Shown here: in pieces, positions 36,501-46,544 of the stretch
Numbering within the stretch: the stretch's first letter is position 1
How the letters are laid out: each line of letters starts with the position of its first letter
Source of the DNA: Tubulanus polymorphus
Lineage: Eukaryota; Animalia; Nemertea
Reading direction: 5' to 3'
DNA: 64,000 bases
Assembly: GCF_964204645.1 (NCBI RefSeq)
Contig: NC_134025.1
Span: 372,001 to 436,000 of the forward strand
Program-made: the position numbers and the translations under genes
The notes under the pieces: model-generated
The model's input: the letters and a program-made list of their open reading frames with translations, nothing else
Database searches by the model: none
Told to the model about the DNA's origin: nothing

Positions 36501-37374
36501 TTGAATTTTGATTTATTTCAGTACAACATTGACGATGTATGCGCTTAAGGATAACACAACCGAATCTTACGCGAATATCGACCAACCGAAAATCTTTTTA
36601 GGAAAATCTGAATTACTGAATACATTCACTGTTAACGCAGATGGACAGCCATCGTCTGCGACAACTTTACCAGGATTCTCAAACTACCCGGTTACGAAAG
36701 TTTATTCAGCTTCGGCGACCAGTTTAACAGCGATCGAATGGTTGGTTACAACTCCCGGTGGTCAAGCAGTGATAGCTTTACTCAGTATCATAGCACTGGC
36801 TTTACTCATTACCGGACTGGTTTATTTCTTCAAATGGTGCGTGCCGAAAATGAGAGATGTCAAATGTCCTAAAGCGAACTGCGATTGTTGTAAGCGGTAA
36901 GTAGTAGTTAGATGCCGCAAAGAATGACAAAAAGTCTCTGTAATATTTCCTTGAGTTTGTAGTTCGTTTATTCAACGTTTCGACTTCAGAAATACTGATG
37001 GAGTGATAATTGGGTTGTCACATTATTCATGTCTATTAAGAAGTCGACGTGCTGAATTAATTATCAGCTCAAGGAAACATTTTGTCCTCTTTTCATTCTT
37101 ATTGTGGGATCTTATATCATCGTTACAATACGAATTTAGAGGTTTTCATCAATGGGATTTCCACAGTAAAAGTACCCCCTTGAATCGCTGGGGTCATTAT
37201 CGGTAAAATCAGATTTACTAACTTACGATGATAATTTTTTTCTTGTATTTCTACAGCGAACCGAAACCGGAACCACCTAAAAAACGATTACATCATCCAG
37301 ATGGTGACGCGAACGTGTTTGACTTCCGGTATAGAGCCGATCAACCTCTGTATAAACCAAACAATCTTGGATAA
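30530..37374 (+). CDS. Non-classical cadherin-domain type I membrane protein (CDHR-like, ~5 EC repeats); exons approx. 30530-30617, 30908-31072, 31635-31849, 32018-32117, 33135-33334, 34014-34221, 34669-34913, 35136-35391, 35698-35857, 36247-36434, 36521-36896, 37257-37374
   Basis: Signal peptide (IIFIVIFLIPTSVWS); cadherin Ca-binding motifs FDYE, DINDINEPP, NVNEAP, AYDVDAG, IDFE, DINDNLP, AVNDNKP and ATDAD; TM AVIALLSIIALALLITGLVYFF followed by a Cys-rich juxtamembrane stretch and a short tail ending PNNLG*. Confidence 0.88.
32650..32880. mobile_element. Two adjacent degenerate MITEs of the GGACCCAGTT family
   Basis: caggacccgtttttc...gaattgagtccag and ggacacagttccac...gtagaagttctagatccag termini. 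Confidence 0.45.
33697..33802. mobile_element. MITE with 15-bp TIR and CAG target-site duplication, inserted in a ~19-bp repeat
   Basis: gacccagttccacag...ctgtggaactgggcc flanked by cag; neighbouring intact units ccacatcaggtgg show the empty site. Confidence 0.85.
36059..36141. repeat. (AATG)n microsatellite
   Basis: About 20 perfect units. Confidence 0.97.
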
Positions 37375-37937
37375 CGCAATATTTACCACCAGTGTTTTAA
37401 ACTGGACAATAGAATCCATCACTGCTGACAATCTTCAAATAAAAAACTCTCATGTGACCAGTAACGCAAAAAGGATTAACGCCTATTTAATCCTTTAAAT
37501 GCGTTCATGGTTACTGGTCGATGTTTTAATCCGTTTTTATCTGGGGCGGTTTTCTTTCTCACTAGTTTTAGACTGTGACGTCACTTCTCTGTTCATGCAC
37601 GCAATTTGTTCATTGTAAATAAATACAATGTGTTTATACATATATTGTAAAGATGTTGAAATAAATTAATGTTTATTTTTTTTCAAAACGCATGTTTTGA
37701 TTGTTTGTTGCAGACGAAATGCTGGCGATGCGGCTTTAGTTCTGTATCCAGTTCCACAGTTGTCCCGAGTTAAAAAAAATGAACTGAGCTATTCAGTCAA
37801 ACTGAAACCGGAAACTATGGAAATAGATTTTGAGGTTTTTGCAAAGAGGAATTTATCAGTGCTTAAACACGCTTTCGCGGTCTGTCTGGTCTCATATATA
37901 ACGCGGGTTTAACCATAGAAATTACCATTGAAGGATT

Positions 37938-38990
37938 TTATCGAGTTCTTAGTTTCGACCTGCAGTGAATCCTATTGAAAATAACGGTCGTCTCAAAACG
38001 GAATTTTTTATTTGTTAAACAGTAAACGGAAAAATTGACACATGAATCAAACATGGACAATAATAGGGAGATTTTTCGTAGAATCATTTTACTGCCTTTA
38101 CCGAAAACTGGTAGAATATAGTTGCTGGGAAGTCGTTCCAGAACAGCAGGAAATTCACAAATAAAATAGAGAAAAACAACTGCTGTAACCGTCTTCAATA
38201 TTCCTGCATCTTTATCCTGAGCAGAAGCGCCACCTATTAGTGATATGCGTCGTTTTCTCGTCCAATTATACACGACAAATAGAATTGTGTTTGAAATTAA
38301 CAGAAATGTGATTGGTAGGTAATTTATGTTCATGGCGAATCTATAATCGTCACTTTTTTTCCAAAAATGTCTCCCATTAAAAAAACGTGTTACATCAGTA
38401 AAATTCAGCTTCCGCCAGTAAAGTGTGTAAGCGTACTGACCTGGTTTTAGACACGGCCATCTCGTTAAACCTGGTAATCTGTTGGGAACAATGGTATTAT
38501 AATAAAACATCACTGCAATCAATAGGATCACGAAGCAGAGTAAATTAATAGTTAAAGGTTTCCAGTAGCGCTTATATTTCAATGGGAAAATAATGACTAA
38601 AATTCTCTCTAAACTCACAACAACAACCAGCCAGTTTCTCATAAACTGTGACGGATACAGTCCCATATAGGCGATAACTATGAACCACCAACCAAACTTC
38701 CAGTCGTCATAACGAAAAACCAAGTCACCCAGATTACTGTAGATAAAATACGTTCTCAGCGGATACATGGTAAAAGACGATAAACTGAACGCAAGATCAG
38801 CGATTGCTAAAATACCGAGAGTGTGATAACAATTATTGCGTAGTCTCTTTATAACGATAATAGTGAGTAAATTCAGCAGAATACCACTTATAGTGACAGG
38901 ACCCATTCCTGCCATGTAGATATAAACACTGAACTGATAGTTCCATTTGATTTTCTGAGAACAATGATACTGTGAACTATTCACTGCCAT
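37938..38990 (-). CDS. Rhodopsin-class GPCR (FMRFamide-receptor-like/orphan chemoreceptor-like), single exon, copy 1
   Basis: Seven hydrophobic segments; GILLNLL (TM1), LAIADL (TM2), SLERI (DRY equivalent), ICEFP (TM6), DSCVNFSVYCLTNKKFR (TM7/H8). ATG placed at 38990 by alignment with the paralogue. Confidence 0.9.
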   Translation of the reverse strand: MAVNSSQYHCSQKIKWNYQFSVYIYMAGMGPVTISGILLNLLTIIVIKRLRNNCYHTLGILAIADLAFSLSSFTMYPLRTYFIYSNLGDLVFRYDDWKFGWWFIVIAYMGLYPSQFMRNWLVVVVSLERILVIIFPLKYKRYWKPLTINLLCFVILLIAVMFYYNTIVPNRLPGLTRWPCLKPGQYAYTLYWRKLNFTDVTRFFNGRHFWKKSDDYRFAMNINYLPITFLLISNTILFVVYNWTRKRRISLIGGASAQDKDAGILKTVTAVVFLYFICEFPAVLERLPSNYILPVFGKGSKMILRKISLLLSMFDSCVNFSVYCLTNKKFRFETTVIFNRIHCRSKLRTR

Positions 38991-39710
38991 GATCCGCACA
39001 TCAATAGCGCAAAGGTAGCTTTAGCGTGAGTTCTGCGACTGCTGTTGGTGTTCGCTGTTCAAACATGATTTAATATCTTCCAGCACATCACAGGGATATA
39101 ACGCGTTTGCTTTCAACTCAACTTGGCAAAAAACATTCAAAATGATGAACATTTTATCAGGATAATCTTTTGTTGTCTAATAAATCAGGCACAACACGCG
39201 TGGAAATCGAATTAGATACAGCGCAAAATATAAATGCTTTTAAAATTGATTATTCAATTCCAAACAGTGTGGTTGAATTTATACCAGGACCGCGCAATCA
39301 TTTTCCGTGAGGTTCACAGTTTGCAAGGATTGACCTACATCAGTAATATTTGGTAATAATTCTTCAGATTCCTCTGTTAGATGATATAGCCTCACTCTCA
39401 CCCATTCTAAAGACGAATATTCATAGTGCGAGTGATCCGTCTTATTTTTTTTTGAAAGCTCATAACAAACCGATATAATCAGTGATTAGAGACCAAATTT
39501 CGAATAACGTTCGAAACTGAACGAAAATAGTCATCGGGGTTTGAAACTATTCTTCCTTTGGCATGTGAGTGATCGCTACGCTGCCCGTTTACCAATCCCA
39601 AATACAATCGCTGCACAACATAGTTCCATTATAAGTGGCTTAAAAACTATCGCTTAAAGCAGAATCGTCTTGTGTAAGGTTTTTATTGATAGATTTATAG
39701 AAATCATTCG

Positions 39711-41260
39711 TATTTTAGACTGGACAATCGAATCGATCACAACTGACTGGACAATCCTTCAAATAGTAAACTTTCATGTGACCAGTAACATACAAAAAGG
39801 ATTAACGCCTAGTTAATCCTTTAAATGCGTTCATGGTTACTGGTCGATGTTTTAATCCGTTTTTATCTGGGGCGGTTTTCTTTCTCACTTGAGACTGTGT
39901 CATCACTTCTCTGTCCATGCACGCAATTTGTTCATTGTAAATAAATACAATGTGTTTTAAACATATATTTTAAAAATGTTGGAATAAATTGATGTTTATT
40001 TTTTTCAAAATTTTGATTGTTTGTTGCAGACGAGAGCCTGGTGGTGCGGCTGTAGTTAAATTCGGTTCATCTGGATCCAGTTCCACAGTTTTCCGTTGAT
40101 TCCAGGATTTACTGAAAATGAACTACAGTTCTACAGTCAAACTTAAACCGGGAACTGAGCAACTGGATCTTGAGATTAAACATACACGAACTCGGCTTTG
40201 ACCATGGATTGTTCAGAACCGATTTAATCGACTACTAAGTTTATTGAAAATTTTGGTCGTCTCTAAACGGAATTTCTTATTTGTTAAACAATAAACGGAA
40301 AAATTGACACAAGAATCAAACATGGACAATAATAGGGAGATTTTTCGTAGGACCATTTTATCAACTGTACCAAAAATTGTACGATAGATGAAATCGGGAA
40401 GTCGTTCCAAAATAGCAGGAAATTCACAAATAATATAGAGAACAACAACTGCTGAAACCGTCTTCAATATTCCTGCATCTTTATCCTGAGCAGAAGCGCC
40501 ACCTATTAGTGATTTGCGTCGTTTTCTCGTCCAATTATACACGACAAATAGAATTGTGTTTGAAATTAACAGAAATGTGATTGGTAGGTAATTAATGTTC
40601 GTGGTTATTCTATAATGACCACTTCCTTTCCAAAAATGACCCCCAGAACGATGGGTATGAATCACATCTGTATACTCCGGCCAGTAAATTGTGTAAGCGT
40701 ACTGACCTGGTTTTAGACACGGCCATCTCGTTAATCCCGGTAATCTGCGGGGAACAATGTTATTATAGTAAAAAAATACTGCAATCAATAGGATCACGAA
40801 ACTGAGTAAATTAATAGTTAAAGGTTTCCAGTAGCGTTTATATTTCAACGGGAAAACTATGACTAAAATTCTCTCTAAACTCACAACAACAACAAACCAG
40901 TTTCTGGAAAACTGTGACGAATACAGTCCCATATAGGCGATAATTATGAACCACCAGCCAAACATCCAGTCATCATAACGAAAAACTAAATCTCCCAGAT
41001 TACTGTAGATAAAATACGTTCTCAGCGGATACATGGTAAAAGACGATAAACTGAACGCAAGATCAGCGATTGCTAAAATACCGAGAGTGTGATAACAATT
41101 ATTGCGTAGTCTCTTTATAACGACAATAGTGAGTAAATTCAGCAGAATACCGCAAACAGTGACAGGACCAATTCCTATCATGTACATATAAACACTGAAC
41201 TGATAGTTCCATCTTATTTTCTCAGCGCAATGATACTGTGAACTATTCACTGTCATGCCT
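39711..41260. repeat. Tandem segmental duplication of ~37393-38995
   Basis: Non-coding block 37393-37760 is nearly identical to 39711-40090, and each is followed by a GPCR ORF. Confidence 0.88.
40213..41256 (-). CDS. Rhodopsin-class GPCR, single exon, copy 2 (347 aa)
   Basis: Same motifs as copy 1; intact ORF. Confidence 0.9.
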   Translation of the reverse strand: MTVNSSQYHCAEKIRWNYQFSVYMYMIGIGPVTVCGILLNLLTIVVIKRLRNNCYHTLGILAIADLAFSLSSFTMYPLRTYFIYSNLGDLVFRYDDWMFGWWFIIIAYMGLYSSQFSRNWFVVVVSLERILVIVFPLKYKRYWKPLTINLLSFVILLIAVFFYYNNIVPRRLPGLTRWPCLKPGQYAYTIYWPEYTDVIHTHRSGGHFWKGSGHYRITTNINYLPITFLLISNTILFVVYNWTRKRRKSLIGGASAQDKDAGILKTVSAVVVLYIICEFPAILERLPDFIYRTIFGTVDKMVLRKISLLLSMFDSCVNFSVYCLTNKKFRLETTKIFNKLSSRLNRF

Positions 41261-41731
41261 ATTCACTGCCACTTAATTCGACCTGTAGTTGCCTTAGAAT
41301 TACGATAACGATGCATGTGCAAATAGATTTCATAAGTTATTAGAAGCGCTGGCGCTTTTGTGAAATCGATACCTATGGTAATGTATAATATATAAAATTG
41401 TAGCTATCATTACGTTGAGTATTTCTTCCAGTAAGAACCCGACACAACCATACGTGAAAACTAAATGAAGAATATATTTCTGCAAAATATATTTGAAATT
41501 GACGACTGAAAAGAGATTTACTTGATTTATATTTTCTGATTTATTAACAGCAGGTTTTATTCAATTCACAACGTACTAGCAGTGATTATTCAGTGTTACT
41601 TTGTTGAGTTTGAGTTTAACAACTGCAGGGACGTGGTCGTTTAACAGAAGTTACCAGTGACCTTCAATATTGATATTGTAGCGAATTTGTGACGAAAATA
41701 GCCAAGAAATCGCCTTTCACTAAACGTCCAG

Positions 41732-41875
41732 GGGCAAATTGCGCAGTCTAAAAAAGGTCTTAAATCTTGAGACTGGTCTTAAGTTGTAAGATTGGCTATA
41801 GAACTAAGTTGGTCTTAGACTGGTCTTAAGTCTAAGACTGATCTTAAGTCTAAGCCATGACTATGCAACCGGCCC
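41732..41875. mobile_element. MITE, same family as 11958-12237
   Basis: Shared internal sequence actggtcttaagttgtaa.attgg.tatagaactaag.tggtctta...gtctaagccatgactatg. Confidence 0.8.
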
Positions 41876-41889
41876 CTGTGATTCTTGAC

Positions 41890-42116
41890 TCTTTGTTCCA
41901 TACTAAAAAATCGCGCATTCTGCTCTATATATTATTACTGTGTTGCGTGTAGATTAAACTCGCTATTTAAAATCATTTGTGTTCAGTTTTCAACCCCCCC
42001 TCCCCCTCTGTACGCAAAATCGGCCATTATTTCATATACATTAAGCATTACAGTACGCAATTGCACTGACCTCTCCCCCCTCCACTAATGCGTACGTAAT
42101 AAATCAATGACCCCTT
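41890..42116. mobile_element. MITE fragment ending ...gcgtacgtaataaatcaatgacccct|taa
   Basis: Typical right end with C-rich subterminal repeats (cccccctcccc.gtacgc); left TIR not seen. Confidence 0.45.
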
Positions 42117-42424
42117 AACTAGAAAAATCGTCAGAGATATTTCTTTCCTTTAAAAAAAGTCGAAGAAAGAACTTTTGAATGAACATAAAATTTGAATGAC
42201 CCCCTGCCAGAACTAGAAAAATAGAACTGGGCACTTCTACAATCGTGAGTACTGCTCCAGCGGTAGTAGCCCTAGGCTCGATCCGCCCGTGTGTCCCGGG
42301 CGATCGGACATGCGCTGGGAACGGACCCCGGTATTAAAAAACGATAATAATTTCATTTCTGATAATTTTTCTCTTAATATTTTTCAGTCTCGAATAAGAA
42401 CAACTAACTCACACACTAAACATC

Positions 42425-42823
42425 ATGTCTTGGGATTCGTATATACCGAACTTACAGGCGAACATAACCCCGGCGCCGATGTGCTGGCTCGGCGGAAAGG
42501 ACGGCTCCAAGTGGGCGTCGTCGAACGAAAAGGAGATAACGGATTTAACGCCGGAGCAAGCGGTGGCGATCGTGAAAGGCCTCGCCGATCAAAGTAACTC
42601 TGTGTTTCCGGCCAATGGCATCACCATCGGCGCGGTGAAATTCATGTTCCTTCGGAAAGACAACAACCTGGCGCTCGGCAAGAAAAAAGATCACGGCTTT
42701 GTGACGGCCGCCGTCACCAAGTCGGCGCTGATCGTCTGCATCGGTCGCGAGGGCACCCAACACGGCGACTTAAATAAAAATGTGTCATCGATCGCCGAAT
42801 ATTTGGAGGGCGCCGGAATGTAG
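42425..42823 (+). CDS. Profilin (132 aa), intronless CDS
   Basis: MSWDSYI N-terminus, G.DGS.WASS, NGITIGAVKFMFLR, GKKKDHG, TKSALIV and C-terminal IAEYLEGAGM; 5'UTR acceptor ttttcag at ~42387. Confidence 0.93.
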   Translation: MSWDSYIPNLQANITPAPMCWLGGKDGSKWASSNEKEITDLTPEQAVAIVKGLADQSNSVFPANGITIGAVKFMFLRKDNNLALGKKKDHGFVTAAVTKSALIVCIGREGTQHGDLNKNVSSIAEYLEGAGM

Positions 42824-43467
42824 ATGAGGTGGCGCTGCTCGATCTAACCCCCGCCGCCGATGCCTTCGAATATTATTATCGAAAACAATTGCGAACTTTT
42901 TATTTAGGAAATCGAAGAAGAAATGATGATGACGATGATAAGGAACACTAGGCGGCGCTTTTTGTAACGCGCGAAAAAAATGTCGTTGAATGACTTTTCA
43001 AAATTTTGAATTAATTATCGCGAAATTATTTCGTAGGAATTCACGATAGAAAGACTTTCCGAAAATAGTCTGAACCGTAGCTTACTGAAATTACAGTCTG
43101 GACTTCGGTTTTTACCCTACTTATAAAACAACTATTTCAACGTTTCAATTTCTGATTGTGTAATCGTCACAATGAAAATAAGTATAATTATAATAATTAA
43201 TAATAATTAAAGAATATAATCACAGAAAATAGAGGAAGAACTAGTATTAAATTTCAAAATTGTTCGAACGAAACGAGATTGATTCATTCGTAACAATTAC
43301 AACCGCTACTTTATAAAATGAAAATTCTTCATGACAATTTTAATAATTATTTGATTTTAGTTAAATTGACAGAAAAATTGTTCTATAAAATTTTGTCTTG
43401 GTTTTCGTTAAATTTTTTGTGCGGAGGAGATGTTTTTGGATTTTTCTCTAGACTTTGAAGAGCGCAG

Positions 43468-43600
43468 GGCCCAGTTTCACGGAAAAGTGTAAAGGCTAAA
43501 ACGGTTTAAGTTTGAAATGTTGTCCTCATTAGAAACATGAAGTAACCAATAATAGCAATTATATACACCGTAAATTTGAGTTGAACTTTTTAGTGAAACG
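43468..43600. mobile_element. MITE (ggcccagtttcac...gtgaaac), right end truncated
   Basis: Left TIR is identical to that of the element at 10780. Confidence 0.5.
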
Positions 43601-43961
43601 ACTTGACCGGACGTTCAACAGGAATCGAAATTCTGTAACGAGCTGAGGAAAGCTTTAAACGGAAGATATCTGCAAATCTGTGCTGGAAGTAACATGATTT
43701 TTACAGCCTGGAGTCGTTAGAAGGCGTTGGATTTCATCTTTAAAAATTAAAGCAAGCAGGGGCTCGAATAGTTCAAGCCTACCGTTAAAAGTGTAAGCTA
43801 GGCCGCAAGAGTTTCACTTGTACTTCTATGAACCCACACACTTATCAAGTCTTGATTTGCATTACTAAGCGGTAGCCATCTAAAATGTCAAAACCTTGCA
43901 TACTGGTGCAATATATCTGAAGCGCAAGAGCCCGGAATCGCAGCTGTGATTTATTGTCCTC

Positions 43962-44120
43962 GGGAGTGTTAGGGTTTTGAGAGGGTCAGGGTTTTGGGAG
44001 AGTTAGGAAGAGTGTCAGGGTTGGAAAGGGTGTTAAGGTTTCAAGAGGGTCAGGGTTTTGATAGGGTTAGGGTTTCCAGAACTAGAAGGTCAGAGTTCCT
44101 AGAGAGAGGGTTAAAGTTTC
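43962..44120. repeat. Degenerate ~17-bp repeat with GGGTTAGGG/GGGTCAGGG cores
   Basis: gagagggtcagggtttt-like units. Confidence 0.6.
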
Positions 44121-44619
44121 AGCTATTATGTATATAGCACAGGGAGCATGCGGGATCGTTCGGGTTAGGATTACACTTCATTGGTAACAACTACCAGTGC
44201 CGGTACCAATAGAGGCTATAGTCAGTATGAAGAGGAACCGCTGCAGTAGCTTAAAAGAAAACACAATGACATTGATAAAGTACAAAAGTATAGCCGAATC
44301 GCATGAAAATAAGCCAGTAAACTTATATATAGTAGAGCCTACAAAACGATTGTTCGCAATTAATTTTTTGTTTGAAGTGTCATCAGTTTGCGTAAACTTG
44401 TTATTTCTGCAAAAAAAAATTGTTTTCTTTATTTCCTCGTAGTCTATAAGTCAAGGTCGTATGGATGCGAAAGTTTTTTTATTTTTGACAGTTGTAAGCC
44501 GGTGTAATTCGATACAGATTCAAGATGGTGTCTCTACAAGAGGGCGCCACAATACGATAGCTTCACAAACGTACGACATCAGGAGTGCTCCGTCCATGTT
44601 TCGGGGACCGCCGGTAACT

Positions 44620-44890
44620 CCAAGGTATCGTGGGTATCTTCGGTATTGTGGTTAGGTAGCCAGAGGCTCACAGGCCGTGAGACAGGACGTATCCTCGGTA
44701 TCGCAGGTGACCTGGAGGCTCACAACAGGCCGTGAGACTAACAGGTATCCTCGTATCATCCGGCGTTGGTATCGAGAGTCACCGCGCGCCCTGGCGGGCT
44801 GGGATCTCACAAGCCGGGAGACAGGTATCCTCGGTAACGTAGTATCGCAGGGGGTAACCTGGAGGCTCGCAGGTCGTGAGCAGGTGACGT
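44620..44890. repeat. GC-rich degenerate tandem repeat (ggaggctcacaggccgtgagacaggtatcctcggtatcgcagg) x~4
   Basis: Units at ~44663, 44714, 44800 and 44861. Confidence 0.7.
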
Positions 44891-45334
44891 ATTAAGACCG
44901 AATTCGGCGAGGGCAATTTCAATAGATTATAACGAGATATCTAAAAAATTTATCCCAGACGAAAAAAAGACATTTTAAATCATTATCATCACCGAGCTTA
45001 GTAAAACGTAAAGACATATATTACTCAATAGGTTAACTAGTTAACAACAGTATTTAACTAATACGAAGAGGACACTAACTAGAGAAAACTGCAGTAGTGA
45101 TAGCAGGTATCTGCAGCCGAAAAATCAAGGAAATTATGTGGATCAATGACCTAGGCATCATCGAGAAAGAGTGAAAAAACTGCTGGTTAAAACGTCACGC
45201 TTTTGAATAGTGTTGTCATTTAGTTTTGATCAAACTTTTTCAAGTTTTTAAAAGTTTAAACCTTAAGAGTACCAACTCGGCATATACCTTACAATAAATA
45301 CGAATACTTATTGGTTGGCTGCTGAAGATACGAA

Positions 45335-45575
45335 GAAAGATTAGAAAGAAAGAAAGGGGCGTCACTCCGCACTTTTGGAATGCACCATGGATACAGTCCC
45401 GTAGAATGTCCAGTCCTTATTTTCTAGCCATCCTGAAGCCATCCCCGCATTACAATCTGAAACATTAAAAAGAGTAAAATACTTAGCCAAACTAGAGAGA
45501 TTGATTCCAGCCGGGTTCGACACTGCGACCGTTAGGAGTTCAGACGGGCACTCTAACCACTGGACCATAGACCCG
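45335..45575 (-). mobile_element. tRNA-derived SINE
   Basis: Minus-strand head gggtctaTGGTCCAGTGGttagagtgccc...GTGTCGAACCCggct (Pol III A and B boxes), with a (CTTT)n tail. Confidence 0.7.
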
Positions 45576-45849
45576 TGGTATTCGTAGAGGATTTTAAGTT
45601 TGGTTTTCAGTACGCAACTTTGTATGTGTTTGCGATTTTCAGAATACATCGCCAACAGTTTTTCAAACCGATGAAAACATACAGCTAGTGGGGTTAACTG
45701 AGGACACATCATGATGATAATTAATTGTATTTAATTCGTCGATTTGGTCGAAATAATTTGGGTGGCGTTAATCGGGTTCGAATCCCATCAGAACATTTTG
45801 ATTTTCTACACTTGGCGGGAATATCAGCACTTTTCATTGGTCAGGATAA

Positions 45850-45917
45850 TGACGTCACGCTGTCGGTATAAAAACCCAGGTCAGCTGATCCCTCCTTCCA
45901 GTTCGGCCATTTTGCAG
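45850..45917 (+). promoter_or_regulatory. Core promoter and non-coding exon 1 of the orphan gene: CRE 45850, TATAAAAA 45867, Inr CCAGTT ~45900, donor gtaagc 45918
   Basis: Near-canonical spacing (~33 nt from TATA to Inr A), followed by a strong splice donor. Confidence 0.65.
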
Positions 45918-46544
45918 GTAAGCAAAGATTCATTTTTTCTCTCAGGTTTTAAAAGTAAATTTATATAACTATACCTAAAATATTTCTTGTACCATTTACG
46001 TTAGGTAATTTCCGAAAATAAGTTCCGAAAGGACAAATTATAAAATAGGTGCGAAATGTGTGTAAATTTGGTTATTTTACTTATTAAAAGCACTTTCCGT
46101 GTTACTCTTAAAATTTTTGAAGAATTCGCAATTTCCATGACATTGATTTTCAATATAGATAGCCATAATTAAGAAATTATATGCAATTTCATTGTTTAAA
46201 GCATCTGTAAAAGTTAAGTAAATTTTCTGCTGTTCATTTAATCTACGCGGTAAAGCGGCTCGTTGACATGCCTAGGAGTAATACACAGACAGCTCAGTCT
46301 ATTCAACCATGACTCGAATCTATAGAAACCTTTCATTCGAAGCGTCGTTCAACTTAATCCTGCTGGCTTCTATATCTATTATTAAGAAAATAATGATAAA
46401 ATAATTTAATGTTAATTATTATTATTACTTAATAGAAACTCGATTTAGCTATTTCTTAGAATCAATAATTTTCGATTTTCTTGATTTTTATAAGATTGTT
46501 TTTACATTGCAGTAGCAGCAGCAGCATCAACAGCAGCAGTTAAT

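Noticed and set aside
45500-45575. tRNA gene on the minus strand
   Set aside because: A/B boxes are present but the cloverleaf is degenerate and runs into a SINE body and simple-repeat tail; the B-box-like ggttcgaatccc at ~45775 also lacks a cloverleaf.
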